A stretch of 64,000 nt of DNA, from NCBI RefSeq assembly GCF_964355755.1, contig NC_092673.1, forward strand, positions 13,860,948-13,924,947, read 5' to 3'. Below the pieces are notes generated by a model. It was given only the letters and a program-made list of their open reading frames with translations, was not told the origin of the DNA and did not search any database. Source of the stretch: Antedon mediterranea. Its lineage: Eukaryota; Animalia; Echinodermata. A program made the position numbers and the translations under genes. Positions 38,556-50,759 of this stretch are shown one piece after another (within the stretch, counting starts at the first letter, position 1; every line of letters starts with the position of its first letter).

Positions 38556-39750
38556 TTATACATTCTCAGTGAACATGAAGTGCGACTGACCCAATTGTTT
38601 GCAAGATGAGCATTTGTAATACCCTTTGAAGTATGACTTTGTTAATGAATCATTCAATATTTCAAACCCTTGTTGTGAGAATATGTTAATGACTTTGTGA
38701 ATTTTTATGCTTTCTGCCACATGATTTGCAAAAACATGCATATCGCCTGTGAAGTCAGTCATCTGATATAAGTGTACCCAATATCTTGCTTTACAATGAA
38801 AGTCTGAAATTTCATGTTAGTGATTAAAAGACAGGGAAATCATGCCACAATTTGAACACATGCAATTTTGTATGCCAAGGCATTCTCTCAATTACTATAT
38901 TTTTTGTATTTTCTTATGCTCTTCTCTTCTAAAATTTCTGTACGTGAGATCACCTGTTTTTTTATCTGTCACAAACCCCCACTTAAAACTTCTAACAAAA
39001 TCTTCAAAATGTTTGTGTTAAAACATAATTAGATTAGTTATTTTAATTGGTAAAAGGTGGCTATATTTTCCGTTATATTTATTCTTGTTTCTGTTGGGGC
39101 CTCCTTATTGGGATCAATCATTGACCATGATTTTGTTATGTCATGATAGTGTTCCTTAGGACATTTGTACCAGAAACATTTGTTAAAAAATTTCATATCA
39201 GCACAAAATACATATTTTAAACTTACCTCTAAACTAAAAATTTTAAGTTTTGTAACGGACTTCATTATATCAGTTATACCTTTCATTATTGGTTTTAAAA
39301 TTTTATTTTTCTTGAACTTCTGCCATTGCAACCACATATTCATTTACCACATATTCATTTACCATACATAGAATATTAGTCAAACCATTAAGTGGCCAAA
39401 GTTGGTCCCATCGGTTGTTTCTCCATTTACAATACAATACTGGAATTAAATTGAGATAAAGCCATACATATTTTTTTCTCTAGTGGTTGACACATTACAT
39501 CATTCAGTTCTTCCATAACTTGGATGCCAATGTGTTGTTTAGCTGCTTTGCCCTTTATTTTAATGCATACAACGTAGGCATATTTGTGTTAAATGATAGC
39601 TCATGGAATGCAACATCGGACACACAGTGTTTATCTTTCACATATACTGTAGTAACCTTTCTAAGTTACCTACACATGCCCACTTTTTCTCTGCCCACAG
39701 TCTGTCCTGAAAAACATCTACTTGCTTTTGTTTTCTTTTATTCTCCTTGT
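38556..39750 (-). pseudogene. Heavily decayed DDE transposase of the Transib/RAG1/Chapaev/P-like group
   Basis: Ordered motifs: YVKDKHCVSDVAFHELS; TDGTNFG (D1); YVFCADMKF..WYKCPK..WSM.DP (D2); KLWHDF; TGDMHVFANHVAE..FSQQGFEILND (E); CSSCKQLG knuckle. Confidence 0.7.
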
Positions 39751-40003
39751 TTTTATTTCCCTTCATTTTTTGCTCATTGTTCCCTAACCATATACCATAT
39801 GTCTGACTCTATTTTTCAAACCTTCTTCAAATAATTTTAGATTTCCCTCCAGCCATTCATGCTTTTTTGTGCTTCTGTTAAAGCTTTCTGGCATTATGGT
39901 CATTTTCGGTTACCTTCAGAACGGTTTGAACACAAATAAGTTTGTAGTGAGTTAGAACGTAGACAACTACTGAAGACATCTTTTCAGTTTGAAATTTAAC
40001 AAG

Positions 40004-40840
40004 ATTTTGTTTATCTTAATGTTGATGATTGATTGTACCAGTACTACATTCAGATCTGAATCCTAAATGTCCATTTTGTTTATCTTAATGTTGATGATTG
40101 ATTGTACCAGTACTACATTCAGATCTGAATCCTAAATGTCCATTTTGTTTATCTTAATGTTGATGATTGATTGTACCAGTACTACATTCCGATCTGAATC
40201 CTAAATGTCCATTTTGTTTATCTTAATGTTGATGATTGATTGTACCAGTACTACATTTAGATCTGAATCCTAAATGTCCATTTTGTTTATCTTAATGTTG
40301 ATGATTGATTGTACCAGTACTACATTCAGATCTGAATCCTAAATGTCCATTTTGTTTATCTTAATGTTGATGATTGATTGTACCAGTACTACATTCAGAT
40401 CTGAATCCTAAATGTCCATTTTGTTTATCTTAATGTTGATGATTGATTGTACCAGTACTACATTCAGATCTGAATCCTAAATGTCCATTTTGTTTATCTT
40501 AATGTTGATGATTGATTGTACCAGTACTACATTCAGATCTGAATCCTAAATGTCCATTTTGTTTATCTTAATGTTGATGATTGATTGTACCAGTACTACA
40601 TTCAGATCTGAATCCTAAATGTCCATTTTGTTTATCTTAATGTTGATGATTGATTGTACCAGTACTACATTCAGATCTGAATCCTAAATGTCCATTTTGT
40701 TTATCTTAATGTTGATGATTGATTGTACCAGTACTACATTCAGATCTGAATCCTAAATGTCCATTTTGTTTATCTTAATGTTGATGATTGATTGTACCAG
40801 TACTACATTCAGATCTGAATCCTAAATGTCCATTTTGTTT
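40004..40840. repeat. Tandem minisatellite, 69-bp unit, about 12 near-identical copies
   Basis: ATTTTGTTTATCTTAATGTTGATGATTGATTGTACCAGTACTACATTCAGATCTGAATCCTAAATGTCC; period 69 (40021, 40090, 40159). Confidence 0.97.
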
Positions 40841-41239
40841 TTCAATGTACATTTGGATGTATATACATTTATAGTTGGTTTGCCTAGACCTGGATTCAGT
40901 TCGATATCGCTGCTTAATAGAAACCTAACTAACAAACACTACTATATAAATGTTGTAGAGATACGTATCTACGGTTTGGTCAAACATATTCTTTTCCATC
41001 TGAATCCGAGTAGTCAAAATAAGATAGGCCTACATTTTGTTTTTAAGCTTAAGCTCAGCTTTAAATTTATCTAAAACTGACAGGTTGCTGGTCAAAATCA
41101 TCTAGCTGGCTGGCTTTTCGGTATCAGAAATATACTGCTTTTTGGAAATAGGTCACTTGTCGTCATCGTCAATTATAACATTGTTGTGCACCCTTTTAAT
41201 TAGCTGTTTCTAACAATATTTAAAGGATTTTACTATTAG

Positions 41240-41578
41240 TATGTCTTGGTGGTACATAATGAGCTCCTTGGTTTTCTGCAAACAACATAAGGCATGTCCA
41301 ATGGAAGTGTATCACTGCCATCTGGACGAATAATACTTGTTGCTCCTTTTAATGTTGATACAACAATTATCTGAATGTAAAACAATTCAACTTGTAGTGT
41401 TAAATGGTCTCCAAATGTACCAATTTGTGACATGCAATAAAGGTATTAAACTTGGTGTTAAATTTTTTCGTGAGATCTGAAGATTCCTACGTTTTGTAAC
41501 TGATGACATAGAGCATTGAATTTGAAATTGTCATCTATCACTGGGTCATAATAGTCAAACTGTAACCCAAATTTATGT
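41240..41578 (-). pseudogene. OTU-family cysteine protease domain relic
   Basis: DPVIDDNFKFNALCHQL (degenerate DGNCxF), YL..MSQIGTFGDHLTLQ..IQIIVVST, AENQGAHYV (catalytic His motif). Confidence 0.7.
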
Positions 41579-41989
41579 TTTTCACAAGGGGGTCACTCGA
41601 GTTGGCGGGGTTGTCATGCCCGAATTTAGATGCACTATCTAAACCTCTGCCTAGGAAATGGAACATCGCGGTTTGGCGCAACTCCACCTTGTTCATGTAG
41701 CAGATTATGAAGATTGTTTACTTTGTGGCAAAAGCACCTTTTTCAGGAATCAAACTAACAATCCTAGAAGGAGTGCATAACAATTTGTGAATGCAAGATT
41801 GTTAAAATGTAAAATTGTAGGCCCTGTTTTTGTTGCCGCGATCTATATAAAAATCCAAATCCTGTTTATTTCCTGAAAAATCCGACTAAAATAAAAATTT
41901 AAATCCTGATACCAATTCCGGCGAATGTGTCTCAATAATCTCAACGAAGCATATAAAAAATTCCAGCTGATTTAGTGTCTTTAGTATGT

Positions 41990-42700
41990 AAAGTAATAAA
42001 AAAAGTATGTTGCCATTTTTATAAAAAAGCTTAAGTATGTCAAATTCAAGATGGCCGCCAAATTCAAGATGGCCGCCAATACGTAAAATAATCAATAAAT
42101 GTACCATATTGGACAAAGTAACACCCATTATGAATGATATTTTAAGTTAAAAATAATGGCATATGGGTTCTCTGCTATATAAGCATTATTATAAACGTAC
42201 ATTCATCCTTATTCTGACATTTTGAATTTCAAAATGGCTGCCATTTTTTTTAAATGGATTAAATTTCTTATTTAAACGTTTTCAAGTTGTTACATTGATT
42301 GAAATCACATAAAATGATAGGCCTATGAAAACAACATGGTGAATAACGCAAAATAGTAGGTAAAGTAATAAAAAAATATATGTTGCCATTTAAAAAAAAA
42401 AGCTTAAGGGTGTCAAATCTAAGATGGCCGCCAATACAAAAATTAAACAATAAATGTTCCATATTGGACAAAGTAACACCCATTATGAATGATATTTTTA
42501 GTTAAAATTAATGGTATGGGTTCTCTGCTATATAAGCATTTATTATAAACCTACATTTATCAGTATTTGGAATTTCAACATGGTCACCATTTAAAAAAAA
42601 TTTATTCAATTTCTTATTAAAACGTTTGCAAGTTATAACATTGATTCAAATCAAATACAATGATAGGCCTATGAAAAAAACATGGTGATTAACACAAAAT
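41990..42700. repeat. Duplicated approximately 370-bp subterminal unit of a DNA transposon (AAGATGGCCGCC motifs)
   Basis: About 41990-42360 is repeated at about 42360-42700; inverted copies of the GGCGGCCAT(C/T)TTG motif at 49715-49900. Confidence 0.7.
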
Positions 42701-42759
42701 GGTGACCATCAGGAGTACACTTCTACCTAACCCTAACCTATTTCATAAACTAACTTTGC

Positions 42760-44150
42760 CAAAGTCCTTTGATGAAATATTTCTAATAAGTGAGCTGTCT
42801 TGAATGTGATACAGTAAATTGTCCTTCCTTTTGTTCTCTACTATTGTATCCATCAAACTTCTACTAGCACCGAACCATCCATAATCTATTAATAATACTA
42901 TTAATTGTGTACTGATCTGGATGTTACGTCCTTTTTTATCGGTTGTATTGTTTCATCTGTTGAAATGGATTACAGTAGGCATACTGTATGCTTCTAGATA
43001 ATGAACGATCTTATCTTTGTCGTGTACTAGAAGAAGTAATCAGTCTGAAGTAAAAAGTGCACATGGAATAACGCCAAACTCATACTTTGCTATATACAGT
43101 ACTGTACCGACTGACTACGTGATACGACAAATAATCTCAATAGGAGTCCTCTTTTACTTTGTTAAGTTTTTCACCTGTATTCACAGTCATGTGTATTTTT
43201 GTCAATATTCTTCCCTTTCTTTAGGATCCCATATAGACAGTTTGCCTTCTACAAGACAATGCCTCAAACATTTTTTCTCCTGCAATGTCATCATGTCATG
43301 GCCAATAAACCCCTCTCTGAGAATTGCAGGAATCTTCATTATTTGGGATGCCTTTCCCACTTTCATCTGTCTTTAAATGTTGGCTTTCGAAGTCATCAAC
43401 TAGATTTTCCAATGTGTGTTATCCCAATGATACCACGCTCAATGACATTGAGTTTACGATTTTCTTGTTCAATTCCGTTATCTTAATCAATTGATGTAAA
43501 TCTAGCAAGTCCCTTTGTCACACATAAATGTCCTCTCTTAAACTCTGTCCAGTATTTGGAATTTTTTTCAGTACTCTGTTGAAACAGGGAGGTGTTATAC
43601 CTCCCTGGTTGAAAGATATACAGCGAAAGTAACTGGCCGTAGTCCAGAAATATTAGATAAATGCATGTGTACTTTCCATGTGTGCAGATATCGTCTTGTG
43701 GCTCTGACATATAATAGAAATATTGTCGACTCTCTGTATTCAAGTTTATATCATTATGATAAACATGTTCCAAAGAAAATGAAAGGTCACTTAGAATCTC
43801 TTTCTCTGTCTGCATTTTTTAAGGAAAGTGTCAGAAATTGTAGAGAAAGCAGAGTTAGTATGTGCTTCTGTGACGTCCTTTAGATATGTTTTCCATTTAA
43901 GATATTTGTGCCACTGTTGTAGGTAATACAAGTTCAGTTTCAACAAAAGCACTGGCCCAATGCTAGCCATAATATAGCTCGCTGGGTCGAAATAAGAATT
44001 GCTTCTTGATGTCCTCTCTCTCCAACTCAACTAATCTGGGTCAGGCATCATCAGGCATTATCTTGCCTTTCCCTATTACATGAGTTGTTATACCACAACC
44101 ATGTGTAATGGTGGTCCATCTGTAGGGCGTATAAATCTAGTGAATTTGGT
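42760..44150 (-). pseudogene. Academ transposase relic
   Basis: EFKRGHLCVTKGLARFTSID.DNGIEQENRKL..GIIGIT; KYEFGVIPCALF..DK; FDGY; many stops and frameshifts. Confidence 0.72.
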
Positions 44151-44520
44151 AGAGATTGTAGAATGTGACTGAGAAGTCAGAGTTAATGCTTCCTACGAAG
44201 CCTGTGAATGAGCTGTATCTTTATTTCCTTCAACCTTCGGCCAAAAGTGGTCAGGTTGAAAACTTACAATCCATACTGGTTACTATGGGCCTGAAGGTTC
44301 AGACATTAAATTACATGGCAATAACTCATTTATTATTTCACATTAGGTATAAATACACTTGTTTTATATTTGTCGTATTTGAATGAGACTTTTCCGTGGA
44401 GTATTGTTAGGCCACGCCCACTATGCGCAGTGGAATTTTGTACTCAACGGAAACGTGTAACTCGAATACATCAAATGAAAACGTGCTTAACGATTCAAAA
44501 ACACGTGTATAGCTAGCTCT

Positions 44521-46308
44521 ATGATGGCGAACACAACACTTAAATCGTTTTTGGCAATTTATTTGTTGTACGAAGAAGATAGTGATGGCGATGATGAGGA
44601 CGATCAGCGTATTGCCGTCTGTGCTGTTTTACTAAAGTCAACGTACGTAACGTAGGATATTCATATTCATATTCATTTATTATCCAGAAAAATAAAACAA
44701 TAATACAAAAAGCATAAATTACATAGAACAACAACAAGCAGAGAAAAAAACGCAGGACACTATCCTGCGTTTTTTCTCTGCTTGTTGTTGTTCTATGTAA
44801 TTTAATTTATTTAGCAGCCTATGAAAGCAAAACAAAAAAAAGTCACGTAGGCCTACTCAGCTCACTCATGCTCCAGTGGCAGAGCACGGCGGTGGGTGGG
44901 CAATTTAGGAGGGCCAGAGTGGGTCTGTTATAGTAGGCCTACCTTCCCGATCATAAGCGTACAGGCTGTACTACAGCCCTACATTGGTCTACTCAGGCAT
45001 ATTATGCCCTAACCTGCCACTGCACCTAAACCAAGTCTAATGGTACCTTACTGCGGCCTATATATTATTATTTAGTGACTATAAAATAGCATAAAATAAA
45101 ATTATAACCTACTTCCTATACTGTAGGTCTGTATAGAAATAGTATAGTGGTAGTATATGCATAATACGGTTATGTAATAAAGGATCATCATCTAAAGTAG
45201 GCCTTAATACTACATGCTTACATATGAGGTTAATCTAGACTAAGATTATTCCGATTAAAATGGTTTTGATTTTTGCAGATCAGGTAGGAGACCTCGCCAC
45301 CGGCAGATGTTTTATATAGAGAATGTCATACATACATTTAGACTGGATGAGTTTAAAACATTCTTTCGTGTATGTCGAAGCAGTGTGGACATCTTACTGG
45401 AATGGATTAGTCGTACCTGCCAAGATGAACATATCGCAGGAATTACTGAAAGAGAGTCAACAGGAGGAATGCCACAGGTACCCTTAGAAAAGAGAGTTTT
45501 AGTGTTGTTGTGGTATTTGGCCAGCTTGGATAAATATTCATCGATAGCAGATAGATTTGGATTGAGTGAAAGTACTGCTTGTGATGCCACAAGAACACTA
45601 GCTAACTTTATATCCCAGCATCTGTTGGATAAGATTATACAGTGGCCCTCCCAGAATGAATGCATAGAAATCTCCAGCATATATAGAGAGTTGAAACATT
45701 TTGACGGTGTTGTTGGGATGATAGACGGAACACACATACCAATTAAGCAACCTTCTGAACGTGGCACAGACTACTATAATAGGAAAGACTTCTACTCTGT
45801 AGTTCTACAAGCAGTGGTAAGAGAAGACATGCAATTTACTAATGTTTACACAGGATGGCCTGGAAAGGTTCACGATTCAAGAGTTTTCAGAAATTCGCCT
45901 CTCTTTGAAATTGGTCCCCAACTCTGCAATGGAAACCGACATATTCTAGGTGACTCTGCTTACCCAAACCTTGTTTGGTGTCTTGTTCCTTTTCGGGATG
46001 ATGGGCATTTAACCCCAGCTCAAAGAAGATATAATAAGACTCATGCTAGTATCAGGAGTGTTGTGGAGCGTGCATTTGGCCTTTTGAAAGGCCGGTTTGT
46101 ACGTCTTCGCTACATTGATCAAAGGCACATCAGAACAATTGTAACAACAATTTTATCTGCTTGTGTTCTGCATAACATATGTATTTTGAACAATGATGAA
46201 TTTCAAGAGATTCTAGAAGGTGAACATGTGGTGCCAGAATTTGGTGATGGACATGAAGCAGCTGTCAAGAGATTGACAATAGCTAGAAATTTGTTACAGA
46301 AGGATTAA
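44521..46308 (+). CDS. PIF/Harbinger (HARBI1-like) DDE transposase, two exons, about 383 aa, apparently intact
   Basis: Exon 1 44521-44642 (phase 2, GT donor) joins exon 2 from 45279 (TTTTGCAG acceptor) in frame with ORF 45307-46308; FRVCR, IADRFGLSEST, IDGTHIPI, YYNRK, WPGKVHDSRVF, GDSAYP, VERAFGLLKGRF, ACVLHN. Confidence 0.9.
44715..44804. repeat. Hairpin with about 42-bp arms attached to a LINE-like 3' tail in the Harbinger intron
   Basis: TAAATTACATAGAAC...CGCAGGA, loop CACTA, TCCTGCG...TGTAATTTA; preceded by (TATTCA)n-TTTATT at about 44658-44680. Confidence 0.85.
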
Positions 46309-46439
46309 CACAATACTGTCAGATACTGTAGAAGAAAGGTTGAATAAAAGTTACTTTACAGTACAATAGAATTCAGATTTATTTTTTAATTTGTAGTTTA
46401 GAATGTTGATTTCTGTGTAAAATGAGGCATACCAAAGTT

Positions 46440-47325
46440 AATATTTTTATTTTATTTTATTCAATCAAAACCAACAGCGATAAATACCGCCACTAACAGG
46501 TTTGAAACATAAAACAATACAACATCAAAAACGGTTAACAATAAAATACAGATAAAATATATATATATATATATAAAACATAGATTGGCATGCCATAAAT
46601 AATTTCAATTAAAACAGGTTATGCAGACTGTTCAAGAAGTGAACACATCATCGTCCTCTTAAAATAACCAAGTCTATCATTAAAAATATCGATATGATTG
46701 CTATTTAGATTATTAAATGTATAAGGTAGTCTATGAAAAAGTCCCCTCTTAGTACAGTCGACACGGCTAAAAGGAATATGCAATAAATGTCTATTTCGTG
46801 TACGACCAGGAACATTTAAACTAAATAGTGAAATTAATGAACAGTCATATTTAGAATTTAAAATATTATATAAAAAAACCATATCAGATATCGTTCGACG
46901 ATTGCTGACAGAATCAATGGAAAAGGCAAAATTAACACAGTTATAAGACAGGAATCGAACAAACTTCCGTTGAACAGTGTCGATTCGACGGGCCTGACAT
47001 GGAGAAATTGAATTGAAAATTGCGGAACAATATTCAAGGTGAGGACGTATAATAGATTTGTATAAAGATGAAAGTGCCCTGCCGTCGTTCATAAACCTAC
47101 AATTTCTCCATATTAAGCCCATCATTCTATTAGCTTTTGACAACACATGATTAATATGTGAACAAAAATTTAATTTACTATCAATAAAAATACCTAAATC
47201 TTTCCATACATAAACCATCTCAAGATCATGTCCACTCAGATTATAATTGAAGAGCACAGGCCTTTTTTTAAGTGTTATAGATAAATATTTGCATTTATTA
47301 GCATTAAGTTTTAATGCATGCATGC
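46440..47325 (-). mobile_element. 5'-truncated CR1-group LINE (ORF2 C-terminus and 3' UTR)
   Basis: LKLNANKC..KDLGIFIDSKLNF..KANRMMGLI..LYKSIIRPHLEYC..VQRKF; 3' stem-loop-like segment and (AATAA)n tail at 46440-46500. Confidence 0.88.
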
Positions 47326-47689
47326 AAATATATAAAATTAAATTAATGAATCACATTTAAAACATTTGTTGATACTGAAGCTGTTGCACTTTATTGCAGT
47401 TTATAACATCCTGAAAACATCATGAAAAATACATACTGTAGTGAGACAACACTTTAAATTGACCCAATAAATTACCTGCTACCAAAATATTTACTTTATA
47501 AATACTGTACAGTACAATAATTTGTTTCTTCAATCTCAACACAAAGCATCATGCTGCCAAATAACAAACTACTAAAACTTTATAATAAAACTGTAACAAT
47601 AAAACCAGAAAACTACTGCTATAACTAATAGTATTTTTTAAAGTTACAGTTAACAACAAAACTTAGCCATTTAACAAAAACCGTTTCTC

Positions 47690-48300
47690 CTTTAATTTGT
47701 TCTCTCTTGTTTAAGTGAACCAACTATCTCTTTTAACAGTTCAATTTTCATTGATTCGTGTTCTCTTCTTTCTTTCTGTCGTTTTTCATTTTCAGCCAAT
47801 TTATTCTTCTCCGACTCTCTTAAAAAATCCAGCAATTCAGTTTGCACATTTGGCTCTTTACACTTTTTTTTTTATTCCTCCGCTTTCTTATTCCGGATAC
47901 CGAACTACTTGAATCCGATTCTGTATTGCTAAGCGTTGAATTATTCTGGCCATCACTTTCTTCTACTACTTCTTCCTGTGGCAATGGGCATCCAGAACCT
48001 CCAGTGATGGGTGGGTTTATGTCGTGCCTTTTGGCAACAATTTCATCTATTTCTTCAAAGTATTGAAAAGATTTGCGCTTGGCACCAGTCTTCTCTTGTT
48101 GTTGTTGTTGTTGTTTCTTTACTGATTGGAGCTTGCAGTTCATCATTGTCTGGCACACTGATTTCTGGCTTGTCTGGCACACTGATTTCTGGCTTGTCTG
48201 GCACACTGATTTCTGGCTTGTCTGGCACACTGATTTCTGGCTTGTCTGGCACACTGATTTCTGGCTTGTCTGGCACACTGACTGCTGATAAAACAAAACT
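47690..48300 (-). pseudogene. C-terminal part of the Myb/SANT partner gene of the Harbinger element (convergent with the transposase)
   Basis: KTGAKRKSFQYFEEIDEIVAKRHDINPP followed by an acidic/Ser linker and a coiled-coil tail; convergent layout typical of Harbinger. Confidence 0.7.
48146..48280. repeat. 24-bp minisatellite, about 5.5 copies
   Basis: TGTCTGGCACACTGATTTCTGGCT repeated. Confidence 0.95.
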
Positions 48301-50759
48301 CCATTAATCCATAACTCATAAATACTACAGTATTATTGTACATAAGCATCTAGGTCAGTGACATCAGAATTGAAGTTACACAGTATAATAAATTATAAAT
48401 CTGGATATGTAATTAGCTACTTTTCATTTAAACCACTTAGACAACCTTTGTCTTGGAAGTGGCAATCAACTCTCAACATGTCTCAGTTGTTTTAGTTGTT
48501 TGATCCTTCATTATGTTTGCAGTACTGTATTACTATTATATTATACAGTTTTTTTAAATACCTGAAGCTTGTAACCCTATTTCTTGATTCTTTTGATTAT
48601 AATTTAGATATTTATTCTTATTCTAGTTAATATTATTATTATGTATCTATAAGTATGGTAGCATTTGATTAATTTAAAAATACAATACAATGCAGTAATT
48701 TATAGGCGGCCTGTCCTACTACTAGTAGTATAGAGTAGTGGTGTAAACATTTAAAAGAGATTACAAATTCTATATCCGTAATTGCCGTAAGCTTCTCAAC
48801 AACTAACTAGACAAGGGGCTTGCCGAGTGACAACATATTTTATTTATAGCTACAGTAGGCCTGTACTTTTTATAAATCAAAATAAAGTGTCTGCCATAAT
48901 ATATCTAGGCTACCTAGGGCCTAGATAGGCTAGGCCTATATTTGTGTAAAATAAAAAATTGTTGTAATTTTACTTATTTTTATTCAAATAAAGTATAGGC
49001 CTAGGCCTAACTGTATTTAATAATTACTTCAATTTTGTTAAGTCGCCGTCGTAGCAGACTGCAAAAGAAGCGCGACTTTCTTGAGGCCTAGGCTACATTA
49101 CATACTCTATCTACCTACTACCACCTGTTTATACTAGGGGTCTACACAAGAGACCGACCGCTGGGTAGTCTAGTACTAGCCCTAGGAGGTAGTATGCCTA
49201 CCACCTAAGTTGATCTACTGTAGTCTAGGCCTATGCAAATTTAAACAAAATTAATATCCTTCAGATCACTTAAAAGTAACATACAAGTAAAGTTCAGTTT
49301 ATTATCCTAACTCAAAAGCTAGGATTTGTAATACCTTTCCAGCATCAATAATTTTTTTATGATTGAGCTGCACATGTGCTATATCGTCTCAAAAGTTCCC
49401 ATTCACATACAACAATTGTGGTCCTGTCTGAGATACAAACATTGAAATAAATGTTTCAGCTTTATGAAAAGAAATGAGATCTATAATTTAGAATTTGAAG
49501 TAATTGTTGAATATTTGATATCAATTTGTAAGTCGTTCCGATGAATTCATTTAATGGTCATGTGGGGTATTATATCTATTATTATAGAGAACATTGACAT
49601 CTTAAACAGCCTAATATTAGCCAATCCTATGAGAAGTGACTATTTTAGAACATTGTATACAAACAACAATTTATGCACACATATTTTTTAAAAAATGTAA
49701 TAAATATTTTCAGTGGCGGCCATTTTGAAATCCAAGATGACTGACAAATTATCGCTTTACAAAGCTAAGATTGTATAATATAATATGATATTGTAATAAT
49801 ACCATCAAAACAGACTTGTTCCACATTCATAATTTGTGTTAATATTGGTGATATTCTGATTTTAAATAGTGTTTATTTGAATGTTGGCGGCCATCTTGAA
49901 TTTGGTCCTTTAAATGTGTTTAGAAAAAATGGCAACATATTTTTTTTCATTCCTTATATTATCAACATATGAAATAAAGTCAAAGTTTGCTTTTAACAAA
50001 AAATTTACACGACATTTATATAAACGACATATCAGCCTACACTATATTCAAAACAACCGTATTCCTATTCTTTATCTACACTATATTCAAAACAACCGTA
50101 TTCCTATTCTTTATCATTGTGTTTAGCTCTAACCAAATTGGTTATATAGTAAAACACAGTGCTACATTGCTATGTAAATTTCATGTATCATAATATTATT
50201 AATATTAAATGTTTCCTATTATTTATCATTGTGTTTATTAAACATGGAAATAATAATTACCCTGTCTGACATACTTTTGTCAACTCAGTAAACGCTTGTA
50301 TATCAAATATTCTCTCATATACTCTGGGATTCACTCACAAATAGGCCAATACAAATAATTAGTATTCTACAATTACACTTTATTCCTGTTGGTCTACTTT
50401 TAAGCATCAAAATACCTGTGGTAAAAATAACTAGATCAATTATTTTAGACATTGTGAACTCTGTAGGTCACTTAAAGGTAAAGATGAGTTTTTCATCATG
50501 TAAGATCTATAAAAGAATTTGTCATATTAAACATTATTATCATTAATTCATGAAGATGAACAAAAATAACATTCGAAATATAGAATCTACATGCTTCACC
50601 TTCTCAGAATAAACATTAGTAATATACCCACTTATAATCTACAAGCTGCATTTTATGTAAATTTAAATAGTATATTGACCTATAGCGGCCAGCTATAAAT
50701 CCTGGAATGCCATCGCGCGCAGAGTAATATATATTGTATTTACGTCACGTAAAACTTTG

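Noticed and set aside
35720-40840. Regular repeats as a CRISPR array
   Set aside because: Units are contiguous with no unique spacers, there are no cas genes, and the context is eukaryotic.
48011-48349. Several overlapping repetitive ORFs (PDKPEISV, WHTDFWLV, etc.)
   Set aside because: Artefacts of the 24-bp minisatellite being open in multiple frames.
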